A DNA stretch of 50,335 nucleotides from Catajapyx aquilonaris. Lineage: Eukaryota. This document shows positions 37,901-50,335 of this stretch, piece by piece (within the stretch, counting starts at the first letter, position 1; each line of letters starts with the position of its first letter). Made by a program: the position numbers and the translations under genes. The notes under the pieces are model-generated. The model made no database searches. It was not told the DNA's origin and saw only the letters and a list, made by a program, of their open reading frames with translations. The stretch covers positions 1 to 50,335 of the forward strand of contig JYFJ02002820.1 in NCBI GenBank assembly GCA_000934665.2, read 5' to 3'.

Positions 37901-40900
37901 TCCAATTTCCAAGTTGCCTTTTGAAGCCGATGATGAGTCTAAATTGACCCTAACCAGGACAGAAGTCACTTTTGATTTTATTCGTCTCAACATCCTCCTG
38001 CTAAGGGCGGTGATGAGAGAGAACACAGTGGTTGGAAGGAAGATTGCCACTGCCACCATGACCGAAGCTAGGATTCAGGCAACTGTTGGTGAGTGTTTAA
38101 TGGCTGTCATGTAACTGTTTAGTTGTGGGATTCATTTTGTGAATATTTTATTGAATAAATATTCGTTGCTTCATGTCAGTTACATTCGCCAAGGTAGTGA
38201 TACTTGGTAATAATATTAAACACACATGATTTGTAAATGGGGTTGCAGGAGAGTTACTGTAGTTTGAAATTACTTGTTAATGTAGCCTACATATTATCAG
38301 AGCAGAGTGATTTATAGTGGTTGTTGTCTTTTGTGTAGGTTCTGAACTGGTTGTTCAGGGTTCATTGGGAGGACTGCAGGTGCTTAACCTAACTCCAGAG
38401 GGTCAGAAGCATCAGAGGATCATTAGTATTGGACTGGATCCCCTTGTGGAGGATCGTACAGATTTGTTGACTGCCCTGAGTGCTGAAGTCTACAAGACCA
38501 TGTCTTCCAACGTACCAGAAGAAGAGGAAGTTAGAGCTTTCAGCTTCTCAGTGACCAGACCTCTCTATGAGAAAGGAAATAATGTCCAAGGTGAGCTTTT
38601 GAAGTGATAAAATGCACATACTGTACTGTTATTACTGTTAAAAATAACAAATTTATTGCTAATGCATTTAAAAATAATAACAAAAATTATTGCAATGTAA
38701 GGGCTGATTGTACAAACAGTGCTTGAGTGCCACCCATGCTCCAAGTAGCACCTTGGTGGGGCACTGTTTGTAAACTATATATAAGTACCGTAACCTAATT
38801 GTGTCACTACCAACACGTTGAAAGAAGAAAGTACAGAAAGAAATTGCAAAAAAAATGCAGTACTGATATTGGTTGCAAGTTTATTCATTCTTGACATTAT
38901 TCCAGGATTTCCCTCATTGGCCTCTCTTCCTGGTCGGGACCAAGTGGATGTGAAGCTGAGGATGGCTTCTGTCTGCTATACCCACTCTGCACAGTTCCTT
39001 CATGAGCTTCACTCATGTGCTACAGAGTTTAAGCAGTATATGTCAAATCTTGCGGCTTCCATCAGAATGGCAGCTACTGAGGTGGCGCTGGGAATCGTCC
39101 ATGCCAGGTGCGGGCTGCCTGTTTTTAAAGAAGTGAAACAGAGCAAGTGTGCCAGTCCTAGTGACAAGTATGGTTGAGTAATTGAGAATGAGATGTGAAA
39201 GAGCTTTTGTTGTGCTTAGTTATGAAAGAACATTTTTGCATTTCTTTCATACCATCATCTTTTAACCTGACAGGGCTGAAGTTCTTGCCCAAAGCCTGTA
39301 CCTGAACAACCGCCTGTCTTCCTCCTTTTATGGGGGCTCACTCGAGATGTCTCCAAAGCATCGCCGACACAGCATTTCAAAGTCAACTGAATATCTCGAC
39401 ATGGGTACTGGGAGTAGCAAACCTACATGTTACCACACCCCTGCAGAGGAGATAGAAAACCAGGACTTCGACATTGACATAAAGTGAGTGACTGTCAGTT
39501 TCTAAAATGTATTTGCCTATCTGGAGTGTTTCTTTACTGACTCTTTCACCTTGATTGCAGGTTTGACATCTTGTTGGAGAGTCCAGTGATAGTTCTTCCG
39601 CGGTCTCCTTCCAGCTTGGATGTCCTGGTAGCTCATCTGGGTAGAATCAGTGTACAAAACTCTTCCTCAACATCTAGCCAGGAGTCATTGCTGGGGTTTG
39701 GAGGAGACCTAATGGACAACTACTTGCATCAGGAGCAATTCCATATTGAGATCAAAGATATGAATTTGCACTCACTGAATTTGTCTTCAAAATGGCAGGA
39801 GAAGGGGTTAGTGGTTTGACATGTGTCATAATTCAGTTATCATAATAATATCATTGTGCCATGTGATGCTGGCCTGCATTTCTGGAGCATGATGTTAATC
39901 CTGCATAATGCATTGCATTTGTCCATGCAGGTTATTAATGATCATAATAATATGGTAACACTGACATGAGTGGACTGAGGTTGATAGTTGCAACAGAAAG
40001 TTTACCTTATGAAGTCTGACAATGACCATGACCATGTAATTTTCTTCACAGGTCTACTCTGCCAAAAGCTCAAGACCTCTACTCATGTGTGAACAGCAAT
40101 GGAAAGGCCATTGTGCACAACACAGCTATAGAACTCTGTGTTCATCGACAAAAGAAAGGTCCACAACCTTCTTTGAGCAGCTCTTGCCTTCTCTTGGATA
40201 CCTCAGAAGGGAAATCTTGGCAACAGGAATCCCTAGAAATAACAGGGCAAATAGTTACTAGTCTGATGGTGTCTCTCAGCCGGTCACAGTATGAGCAGCT
40301 GCTGGAGTCTCTGGACAACCTTGCATATGATGACATGGAAGCATCCATTGGGGTCAGAGACAAGGGGGATTCTGGTCTTCTGCGTAGGATAGATGAAGAG
40401 GGGCCAGCTGATGTAGGGTACAGGACTGGCTATGATCGAAAGCTCAGCACAGAAAAGGGTCCTGTGGAGAATGACCGTGGTGCTATGTTTGTTCAGTTGA
40501 AAGGTATGTGTGCATTAAATTAGAGCAGTTGTTGCATTAGTAAGTTATTGATAGGGTTATGTGACATCCAGCTTGATTTTGCCAGGTTCATTCACTATTC
40601 CAAGGATCAGCATTGACCTGCTTGGGGACTTTGGTGTGGAAGAGAAGGGGTTAGTTAACCTCTCCTTTAATGACTTTGTGGTGCAGTATGAGAAGGATGA
40701 AGAATATGTCACAAATATGCAGGTGCAGTATTGTTAAAAGATTTTCTGAAAAGTTTGAAGTAATTGTTTAAGGGTTTGTTTGCTTGTGAAGTGAATTTTC
40801 AGACACATGCATGTGTGGTCATGCTGTCCCCAGTTCAGTCTCTGGATTTGCAAATTGTTTTGAAGGGTTTACTTTACTTCACCAGTACACCTCTTTTTTT

Positions 40901-43900
40901 GTGTGCAGATTGCCCTGAAATCACTAGTCATGGAGGATTTGCAAGTGCCTGAGGACTCAAAGCACCGGTTTCTTGCATTGTCCTCAACTGGTGAGGACGA
41001 TTCTAATCGGCTGGGTCAAAGGCCACGCTTTGTGTCAACATCATGCCCTGATTTATTGAATCACGCTCCTCTTGCACAACCGCAAGGGTCTCTTCCTGAC
41101 CACCTGGAGACTGAACAATTTTTTTGGAAACTGCCGTACAAGGAAAGACGGAAGAAATCAGGTACTTTGACACAACTCTCTAATTGATTCGAAATTATCA
41201 TGTGTATGTTATGCTTACTTGGATATCTTAGTAGCTAATTTTGATATAAATAATTATTGTCATTGCCAATATATAATGATCAAATCTGTGTTAATCAACC
41301 CTCTTGGTACTGCAAATGCATTGTAGCACATATCTGGTGTGTGTAGGTGTGTGGCCGTTTTCAGAAAAAGTAATCTCCAATTGTTGTGCATGCTTGATTT
41401 CCTTATGGCTGGAACCAAAGAGCCTAATAACTATTCTAAGCTCTTTGGCTCTATCCAGAGGGTTGAGCAAGCTTTTTTTTAATGTTGTTCATGTTTTACC
41501 AGGGTGCAGCTGTGGAACTGCTGAGACAACTAATGAAATCCATTTTTATTACAGCTGCATTTGTGTCGAAAAAGGATGATGATTACCCTTGCACTCCCCC
41601 ACCCTCACCAAGACCAGATGGGATAAGGAAGGATCCCATAGGAGAGGACAATTTGGTTCGCATTAATGTCGTTCTAGTGGACAAGAAATCACCTGAGCTT
41701 TCTTCCAAATATAACTTGGTGAGTTATCACAAACTTGTTAGTAAAGTCACTAGCTTATTAAATTTTTTTACCCCTTAGACTCATCGCTATGTAGATGTTG
41801 ATTTCCACTCCTTGGACATAATCCTCAATCCCCAAGCATGGGTTGTGGTCTTGGATTTTTTGGGTATAGAATCTAATTCTACATCTGGAGAAGCTCCAAA
41901 AGTGCAGCGGGCTGAAGTGTCCGGGCTGCCTCCTACACAAACTGCTGCTTCAGTCACCAACTGGGAAGTTGATATCCAGGTCAAATCCTTCACAGTTGTT
42001 CTCAACAAGGTAAGATACTTTCTAGAGCTCAGTAACTGCGAATATAGTATGGGTGTCAGAATTTACCATATAATTATACACTCACTCCTGTCACCTTGCA
42101 TGCAAGTGTAACAGTGAGTTACAGACACAAGTGGAAATCCCTGAGCACTAGTAAATTTTTACTGTTACAACTGCGAGGTAAATTTTGTAATGTGCTGAAT
42201 AGGTTGACACCTACGCTGTTACGAAAAATAATGACAATATTTGCAATTCAGTTGTTGTATTTTCATTTCCAGCCTGAGTATGAGTTGGCTAGGGCAAACA
42301 TCTCCAGCCTGGTTTCCAGAGTGCGGCTGTATGAAGGGTCTGCCACTGTCTCAGGGAAGTTGGGAAGCATTTCACTGCTGGACTTAACTCCACATGGACA
42401 ACTTTATAAGGACAGATTTGTCTCATCTGGGAAGGAAGCCTTGGATTTTTATGTCTTCAAGTGAGTTCTTTTTTGCAGTGTAATGCAGAGAGAAATACAC
42501 TACATCACATAACATTATTATTAGTATGTGTGCTGATAGAAGAAGCTAGAAAAATATTTTCACTCTGAATAATGGTTTTCATATTTGTGAAAATTTTACA
42601 GGTATGGGAGCAGTGACATGCAACTTCAACGTGATTGTGATGTCATAGTCAAGCTGAGAATGGCATCTGTTTTGTACATTCACACCCAAAGATTCCATTC
42701 CGAATTCCTGGGCTTCTTTGAGCACTTCAGTCAACTGAGGAATGTCATGAGCAGGATTCGTGCTGCTGCTGCTGGCAGTGTGGTAAGTGTCTACATTTAT
42801 TTTCACATGCAATATTATTGACTGATAGCGTTTATTTTTCAAAGTGGTATAAATTATGTAGTGCCAACAGATTTTCAAATATATGTAGAATTTAATTTTA
42901 ACTTATGCTCAACAACATAATAATCAATAACATTAAAAATCAGGTTGATGAAACAACTCCAAGCCGCTTGCGAATCCTTCTGGACATCCAGGCTGGGTCA
43001 CCCGTTCTGCTGCTTCCACTCAGCTCAAAGTCAAGCGAGGTCTTGGTGTCGGACTTTGGTTGCTTGACTGTGACAAATAGCTTTAAATATTCAGAAGTTC
43101 CCACACTGGAAGGCAAACCTCCATTGCTTGACATTATGTCAGTAGAGTTGGTTCGAATGGATCTGTATGCAGCCAGAAGGGAATCAAAGCCACTTGATAG
43201 GGATCCAGGGAAGGATGGTGCTGTTTTGGTGTTCAGCAGTTGTGTGGTAAGGCGGACTGGCCCACCCCTTCTGAAGGAAAAATGTGAACTGAAGTTGCAA
43301 GTGCAGAGGAATCTGGACTCAGGAACAACTCACAGTGGCAAGTATTTGTATTACAAGGAAATTTTGAGTGTTGGATTTGGTGAATCTCACATAAGTTACT
43401 TTTGTTCTCAGCAGTTCCTGATATGAGTGTGATGGGAACGTTGTCCAGAGTACACTGCACCCTGGATATATCCCAGTACAAGCTGATCCGTGGACTGTTG
43501 GCATACAACATAGGCGAGCCCGTTGATGAGTTTCAAGGAGTTGCATCTCCTGCTGAGATCAAAACATTGGGTTTTCAGGTAAGTTCAGTAAGACAGGTAA
43601 AAGTGAAAGATCCATTGTAGGATTGTTGTCTCCGTACATGCAATATTCGTGTAATGTTCCTTCAGGCCATAACCGACCTCCAGAAAATAGAAAATTCACG
43701 AATCTGAGTGTACTACTATATTTCTTGGTAGTTCATGTACTGTGGAGAAAGTGCATGGTATTTCATATCTGTTCACCTGTGGTGAATTTAATGGCAAAGC
43801 AACTGTCTAACTAACTCATTTCTACAGAAGGTGGGAAACAAGGTGTGGCAAACTACATTCATCCACATTGACCTTGTTGATGTGACCTTGGAGCTTCTGG

Positions 43901-46900
43901 CTGCCAGGGCACCTTCAGGGTGTGATGCCAACCTAGACATGTCACTAGCCTGCGTGAATTTCATCACATCACGATTCATGTATGAGGGCTACAGTGATGG
44001 TTCCAAGGATGTGGACCTTACTTCTCAAGAAATTCTAGTCATTGACACTCGTGAGAAGGATGCCCCTGTTAACAAGAGGGGCAATGTCTTTACTAACATC
44101 TTGCAGCCTCTCACCAAGATGAGGAATAGAGGGCTTCTGCAAGCTGTGCTGCACTACAGGTTAGCACTACAAGTAGTCATAGACTTACTCGTTAGTTGCA
44201 TTGGCTTCTCCCTCTAAATTAACCTAACTAAACTAACTAAACTAACAACAGTGAGTGCCCAAATGAGTTTCTTGCAATCCATCATCAATATGAAGACCTG
44301 AAATGTAACAATCAGAGTCACTTGAACTGCTTTCATTATATTAGATTTACCCATCAAATGTTAAATGTTTTTTTTAAAAAACCCTGCAAACCTGATGGTA
44401 ACCTGAAACTGCAATGGGCACCATCAATGGTCCAATTCGTCCGTAAAAGTAATTTAAACAACCTTTTCAGATTCACTCCTGAATATACGAGTTTCACAAT
44501 ACTGCTGAACAACATGAGGGTTATGGGAGTGTTTGACTGGTGGCTCACAGTCCATGAATTTGTCATGACACAAGCTGACAACCCTCATCAGAGAAGTAAG
44601 TTTTCATATTATCCATATGCCTTCCATGTCCTAACTGGTTTTTAAAAATGGAACCAGGTACACCAGAGAAGAAAAGCAGTGACAACGAATGGTCCACCAT
44701 GGTGGTTCCCAAGCCAGGCAGCAGTGATCATAGGAAGCCAAACCTTATGGCTGTGTCCTCAGGGATTGTTACCAAAAGAGCCCCTGTTATAGGAGTAGCT
44801 GATTCTCCCTTTGAACTTAAACTCAACATCACTGACTCAGAACTAGTTGTGGTGGAGAGTACTGCCCACTGGGACACCATTGCAATCATACTCAAGGTAA
44901 GGATATCTTGATGAAACCATCCTGGTTTGGAATGAGACCTCCCAATACATCTGAACTGGCTAGTTGTGTTACAATTGAGGCTCTGCATGGATCTTGATTA
45001 TCTGACTGGAGGTTTTTGGCACATCATATATCTACCTGTGGAATAGCTCATTAATCGAGCAAGAGCACCTGCCTTACATGAACTCTAAGAATTACCAGAT
45101 TATGCCGATAATGCAAATGAACCACATAGTGACGATGAAAATTTTCAAGGTCATAAGTTATGAAGGGTTAATAATGCAAGTTAATTTAAAAGTAATGTCA
45201 AAATCATTCTAGTACAACACCTGTATATGGTGCAGGGCCTTCATTGGTCGCATCGCCTTAACTCTGACAAAAAAAGTACCACACTGTCTTGTGATACACC
45301 AGTGACACAGAATGTAAACACACTCTCTATATTACAGTATCATTATTATTCAAGGCTTATTTTTGACGCTTCTCCTACAGAGCACTGCAGTGGTGTCATA
45401 TAGACCAAAACTTCATGAGCATCCTCTGTCGTGCAACTTGAACAATGTGGAGGTATTCTCTTGCATTCTGGGACTGGAGGAAGAAACAGCCCTCTCCATC
45501 ATAGATCCAGTAACAGTCAACATGGAAATATCCACTGCTAAGCAGTCCAGCTCTGAACCAAGGGGAATTCTGGATGCAGCCTCTCCTCCAGGCAGGGATA
45601 TTCACAGGGTGATGGAGATCCAGATGCAACACCTTAACATTCGACTCTCCTACCATGACATGAAAACCTTCCTTCAAATACTGCACAGCCTACCCAAGCA
45701 GGCTAACTGGCAGGGCAGGGGTGATAATGAGGCACGCCCACCTGCCAATGTACAGAGTAGGTTTTTTCTGCAATCAGTGTGTGAGAATGGGGAAAAGTTG
45801 AATTAATTTGTGATGTAACAATTATTTAAACTTAAAATTTTCTTCCTGTTACAGACCAAATGAAGAAGCTGATGGTACTAGGCTTCTCTAGTGAGGACTG
45901 TCTCAAAGCACTAGAGACATGCGAAGGGAGGCTGGACGACGCAGCCCTCTGGCTGACGCAAAATGCTTCTCCTTGCCACTCCCCAGAAGTAGAAGTCGAT
46001 CCAGGAGAGATTGAGTCAGAAAGTGCAATCGGTTTCAAAGCTGTGGAACTCAAGACTAGCTGTGTGACCCTCTACATAATTGATGATTGCAAGGATGCGG
46101 ATGTGCCTCTTCTGGAGTTTAGCCTTACTCACCTCAACTGGCACCAGGACATGGAAGGAAATGGGAGGGCCTCCTGCAACCTGTCAGCTGATTACTACAA
46201 CCGCACTCTCTCTGGATATGAGCCATTTGTGGAGCCATGGATGTGAGTGCAAGACAAATGATACACAACTTTTCACACTACATGTGGGCTTGCCTTGGTT
46301 TCTTTCCAGCTGTAATGTGTCCTGGAATCGGGAGATGACAAGCAGCTCGAGCAGCAGGCTCAGTGTTGATGTCTATGCAAATGACGTCTTAAATATAAAT
46401 ATTACTAGTACACTCCTGGAACTCTACAGAATGGTCAAGGTCAACTGGACTGAGGATTACTATAATTTGTCAGATCGAGAGAGGTTAGAATTTTTTTGAT
46501 CATTAAAAAAATCATATATCAGTTTTAATAAATGCATTGCACCCTTGTAAGGGCTGTTAGCCCATTAGGAAATAAACGTAACCATCAGTGCATTGCAGAG
46601 TTCATTCAGAATTGCAATTTTATTGTTTTGCTATGGTTTTCTTCTAGATATGATGCATCCAAAGCAGTTTTGTCAGGAAACCAGCTTCCCGGCTATCGGC
46701 GTCGCTCCCCATTCATCCCCTTTGCTCTTAAAAATGACAGTGGTTGTCGCCTGTGGTTTTCCACGCTGACTGCAAGTGCCGAGAGCCTCAATGATGTCAG
46801 CCAACGTAGGACATCTGAAGGGAAGTTAGCAGGGCTAACCTGGACACCTGTATCTCCTGGAGAGGCTGTCCCTTTCACATTTGAAGGCAGAGGTAAGCAT

Positions 46901-49356
46901 GTGTGACCCTGGGATTATTCCAGTGCTGCCATTCTTTTGACAGATTTCATTCCCTTTTACCTCCTGCATCAATTATTGTCATACCAGCCCCACCATTTAC
47001 GTAAAGTCACCACTGTGGTTAAATCTCCTTTGTGTTAATTGTTTTTTAAATTGCCGTGTTGTAATATGAAATTGTAAATGCACACTGTGCACTGTGATTT
47101 ATTTGCATAAATTCAACCAGCCCTTCGCCTACATTTCCTTGCATGAAATGCTAATAAAATATTGTTTGGCAGGCAAACTCCGGCATCGTGACAGCCACGA
47201 CCTGAAAGTTCATCAAATTGTGGTCCGAGTGGAGGGCTGGAAGCCCATCTCACCTGTGTCTGTGGATAAAGTTGGAATTTACTTTCGGCAAGCAGCCCCT
47301 GAAGTACAAAAAACTGCTGGCAATGTAAGTCTAAATGGTGAAATGTTTTTCCTTGCTTCATATCGGCTTGAATAATTGCATGGCCATTGAAATTTCAGTA
47401 CTCACAACTGCCCCCGGCCAGAGTGGTAATAGCAGTGACGCTTGAAGGATCTGCCCAGAAATTGGTGACAGTAAGGTCTGCCCTGTTGATCACCAATAAA
47501 CTTGAAGATGTTGTGGAACTCAAGTTGGAAAGTGCTGTGATTCAAACTGGAGGTATTGTGATTACAACTGTTGCAAAATTGTCAATGGGCAATGTTCATT
47601 TATTTTATCTAAATTCTCTCCTTTTTTATTTTATTCACTATGATTATTCACTTTCACAATATTTTTAAATGTATATATTTTTCTCCCCATCACGCTTTCA
47701 TGTGCATGTCTTTGATTCAGTCGAAGCTCTTTTGGATGAAGTGATTGTCGATTCTTTGCTAGCTTTGGATCCATGTGTGGGTGAGTGGATTTTTGTTTTG
47801 TTTTATTTTGCTTAAAGTGTTGAAACGTATTACCTGTTGTTAGTCACCAAATTCTGTAGATGTCTTGTGCAGCATTGCTTCATAGATGAATGTAGTTACA
47901 GTAATGTGTTCCTCAATGCCTTAGTGCTTAGTCAGTTAACAAAAATTGAATTGAACTCTTGTCAGATAAGGGTGCAAATAAAAATTATTGGCTTCAGATG
48001 AGGTGCACATTTTGACTTTTCAAGACCAGGTTAGGTTTTTAAACTACAATTTGAGTTTTAAAATTGCACTCGGTCACTGAAGCACCTGACAGAAGAGACT
48101 CTGTGATTCACTACTTTGACTTAAATTTCCGAATTTTAAATTAATTTGTGATGAGATGTTTTAAGAAGAAAGTTGTAACTTAAATTGCTCATGTTCATCA
48201 AGCAAATGATTTCTCTCAGTTTTTAATGTATACTGACATATGGAAGATTATTTACATTTGTTTGTTTCATTTCAAATAATACTGATATAAGTACTGTTTC
48301 AATTTGACAATGTAACATATTTAAGCTACATACCAGTGCACTCATTATGATTGATAATAATTTTACTGAACAAGAATGAATAATTTTATTAATGCATTGA
48401 GTAATTTTGCACCCTTATTTGCAACACATTCAGTAGTCCTTTTCAACCAAATTGTGACTTACTTGCATAATGTGCATGTCCACCTCTCCTTCCATTATAC
48501 CTTCATTTTATTTTTGTACGCCATTCTGCCCTTACCACAATCCTTCCCAAATATTACCCCAGCATCTCAGGTGATCCGAGTACCCCCGAACTCCACTCAT
48601 GCGGTGTCTCTGTCCTTGGTGACATCCTCCATATGGGCACGGCCCCTGATGTCCAACCAGCCCCACTGCCAGTATGGCTACTGTGACCGCCAGTTACGCT
48701 GGAACCATCTGGTCACAGCAGGCCAGGTTGCTGAGGGGGTCAGGGTCTGCAGTCATGCATCATCTTCCAAGGAGAGACCATACAGGTCATTAACAACTAG
48801 GGGTTCTCAAAGAAACCAATCGCTTGGAGAATAAATGTTAGTTACTGCTACATTGGGCAGAACAATATTTTGTCCAATTCAGTGTTTCTCCATGTACTTA
48901 TGGAATTATTTAAAAAGGAGGGAATAGATTATAAAATGGCATTCTTCAAGGATTATGTTTCTTTGTGAACACCCTCGCCCTTGATCAGTAGTTGCTAACA
49001 GCATCCGTATGTGTGTTTGTGTGGGAATGCTTGGGTAGTTGTCTGGAATTTTCACTCATCTTTCAAAGAGCATCACTGAATGTGAAAGGCAGGTACATGA
49101 GGCAGGAAAAGTACCATTAGGTATTGCTTTCAGATGTGAAAATTATGCAGCTGTATCCAGGTGACAGTGTTCCGGTGCCAATTCCACGTGTTTGGTCACC
49201 TCTGTGGTTCAGGGTCCTAGGGGATCTCGGAGGCACAGGTCAGAAGTGGCAGTTTTGCAACTTGGCCATCTATTGGTACTACACTTTAGCTCCTGGAGAG
49301 GAGCAGAGTGAGCAAAGGTTTTGTCGGCGAGCCGGACACAGGGATGAGCGTTATAG
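30460..49356 (+). CDS. VPS13D: Intermembrane lipid transfer protein VPS13D; about 36 coding exons in the window, 3' part beyond the window
   Basis: Chorein-N start [33 protein letters not shown] (30460-30556), then [14 protein letters not shown] (32280-32470), [19 protein letters not shown] (32839-33276), [23 protein letters not shown] (36475-36665) and [19 protein letters not shown]. The internal UBA domain ([32 protein letters not shown], near 45860) is diagnostic of VPS13D. Downstream: [42 protein letters not shown] and [17 protein letters not shown] (47399-47552). Confidence 0.96.
31500..31783 (-). mobile_element. tRNA-derived SINE in the first coding-region intron of VPS13D
   Basis: Minus strand has A-box-like GTGGCGCCGCGGTAA and B box GGTTCAATCCCC. 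The body shares a 16-bp motif with the SINE at 13.7-13.9 kb. The 3' boundary is approximate. Confidence 0.7.
31891..31948. repeat. (AAT)n microsatellite
   Basis: About 19 tandem TAA units. Confidence 0.95.
47721..47780 (+). CDS. VPS13D: Putative 60-nt in-frame cassette exon of VPS13D
   Basis: TTTGATTCAG acceptor and G|GTGAGT donor; phase 1 at both ends; open frame (V)[19 protein letters not shown]. Confidence 0.55.
48563..48785 (+). CDS. VPS13D: VPS13D mutually exclusive exon A (223 nt)
   Basis: CCCCAG acceptor, AG|GTCATT donor, phase 1 in and phase 2 out. Encodes [29 protein letters not shown]...YCDRQLRW...RVC...ERPYR. Confidence 0.8.
49134..49356 (+). CDS. VPS13D: VPS13D mutually exclusive exon B (223 nt)
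   Basis: CTTTCAG acceptor, AG|GTAAAA donor, phase 1 in and phase 2 out. Encodes [29 protein letters not shown]...FCNLAIYW...RFC...DERYR. Confidence 0.8.
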
Positions 49357-49839
49357 GTAAAATCTGGGTGGGGAAATCTATTTGAGTTGCATTCGGAGCA
49401 TGATTATGTAGTGGACTGACTATGTGAGTTAGATATGCTCCATTATTAGGATGTAAGGAAGGCAATGTAATTATGAGGCCAGGTTCTTAGAATATCAGAG
49501 TTACGGTAGTCTAGTCATAGGCCAGGTATACGTACTGTGAGGAGAAAATGGAACCTGAGCTTGGGAGAAAGAGCACATGGGGTGATGTGTGAGGAAACTT
49601 TCACGAAACTAACCTGTCACGACCAAAAGGCAATTTATGGTAGAAGCAGGGCCAGCCCTAGGCTGGTGTAGGGCCCAGGGGAAGAAGAAAATGTGGGGCC
49701 TATTCTCAATGAGTAAATTTCTATACAACGCCAGTTACGCAGACAATTATTTTGTTGGGCGACTTATTAACGTACCGCCTAATTAATTAGTACTGCGCTA
49801 AGTCCTTTATGCATAGTTATAGGTTAGGTAGTTTTTCGC

Positions 49840-49841
<2 letters not shown>

Positions 49842-49876
<35 letters not shown>
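49842..49876. repeat. (AAT)n microsatellite
   Basis: About 11 tandem AAT units. Confidence 0.9.
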
Positions 49877-49877
<1 letters not shown>

Positions 49878-49949
49878 TAATTGGTGGGGTAATGCTTTCA
49901 CCCATCAGGGTTTATCGCATGGACCTTTATTATTAGCTGTTGGTGTATA

Positions 49950-50150
49950 CAGTGCCGGATCTACGAAATTTCGGAGGGGGGGCAGAAACCTTTCCTGCCG
50001 CCCCCCACCCCCACCCCCGCGGTTTGAAAGTTTGGTTTCATTTTTCTGACATGGATCTTCTCCAGTTTAGGCAGTGGCGCATGCAAAATGTTCTTTTTGG
50101 GGGGGAGCTGGCATGCGAGGAAGCCCGCCGCAGGCGAAAATTTTTGTGTG
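49950..50150. mobile_element. Left part of a hAT-like MITE related to the 8394-8713 element; other end not seen in the window
   Basis: Begins CAGTGCCGGATCT followed by a G run (compare CAGGCGCGGATCC). Contains GCCCGCCGCAGGCGAAAATTTTT near 50123, almost the reverse complement of AAAAATTTTCGGCTGCGGCGGGC near 8607. Confidence 0.55.
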
Positions 50151-50335
50151 TTCAGGGCCACACAAGCTGAGGATGCTAAATTCCTTTCTGCCAGAAAGAA
50201 ATATCGTCTTCAGCGTTGTTTTGCATTTCTGGGAAAGAGTCCCTAAGATGCACTACAGTTTTGACTACCAGTCCAAATAATATACTGTTTGCAGATATTT
50301 TCGTAATGAACGCACGTCTTGTCATTGTCCCGGAC

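Noticed and set aside
38711..38772. 12-bp perfect inverted repeat in a VPS13D intron; also an imperfect one at about 32084-32199
   Set aside because: Short, no TSD; probably decayed MITE remnants with no evidence of function.
41503..41554. Upstream acceptor extending a VPS13D exon ([13 protein letters not shown]...)
   Set aside because: It is phase 0 while the upstream donor at 41161 is phase 1; the acceptor ending at 41554 fits the frame.
50295..50335. TTTGCAG acceptor with an open phase-2 frame at the window end
   Set aside because: The translation (YFRNERTSCHCPG) does not resemble the expected VPS13D continuation and lies next to repeat-like sequence; too short to judge.
1..50335. CRISPR arrays, operons, rRNA or prokaryotic defence systems
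   Set aside because: Intron-rich animal DNA with no regularly spaced repeats or such genes.

Overview
Eukaryotic genomic DNA from an invertebrate, probably a protostome (short GT-AG introns; miR-2-type K boxes). All exon models were read by eye from splice signals and reading frame. Genes in order: (1) the 3' part of a SLC7A1-4/slimfast-type cationic amino acid transporter (+, 543-6887); (2) a complete 4-exon TMEM222 (-, 7243-9831), tail-to-tail with it; (3) a multi-exon coiled-coil protein gene of unknown family (-, about 11.4-13.5 kb); (4) a gene-poor stretch of about 12 kb with repeat remnants and candidate Notch/bHLH cis-elements; (5) a complete hairy/deadpan-type HES bHLH-Orange-WRPW gene (-, 25443-28111); (6) head-to-head with it, the 5' part of VPS13D (+, from 30460, running off the window). 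Small elements include a hAT-type MITE with an 8-bp TSD, tRNA-derived SINEs and a V-SINE-like element. The two strongest observations concern splicing. The transporter has two homologous alternative last exons: one gives the normal short C-terminus, the other a roughly 550-aa acidic, proline-rich cytoplasmic tail. VPS13D carries two homologous 223-nt mutually exclusive exons plus a 60-nt cassette exon in its adaptor-binding (VAB/SHR-BD) region. No prokaryotic-type system (CRISPR, operon) is present.
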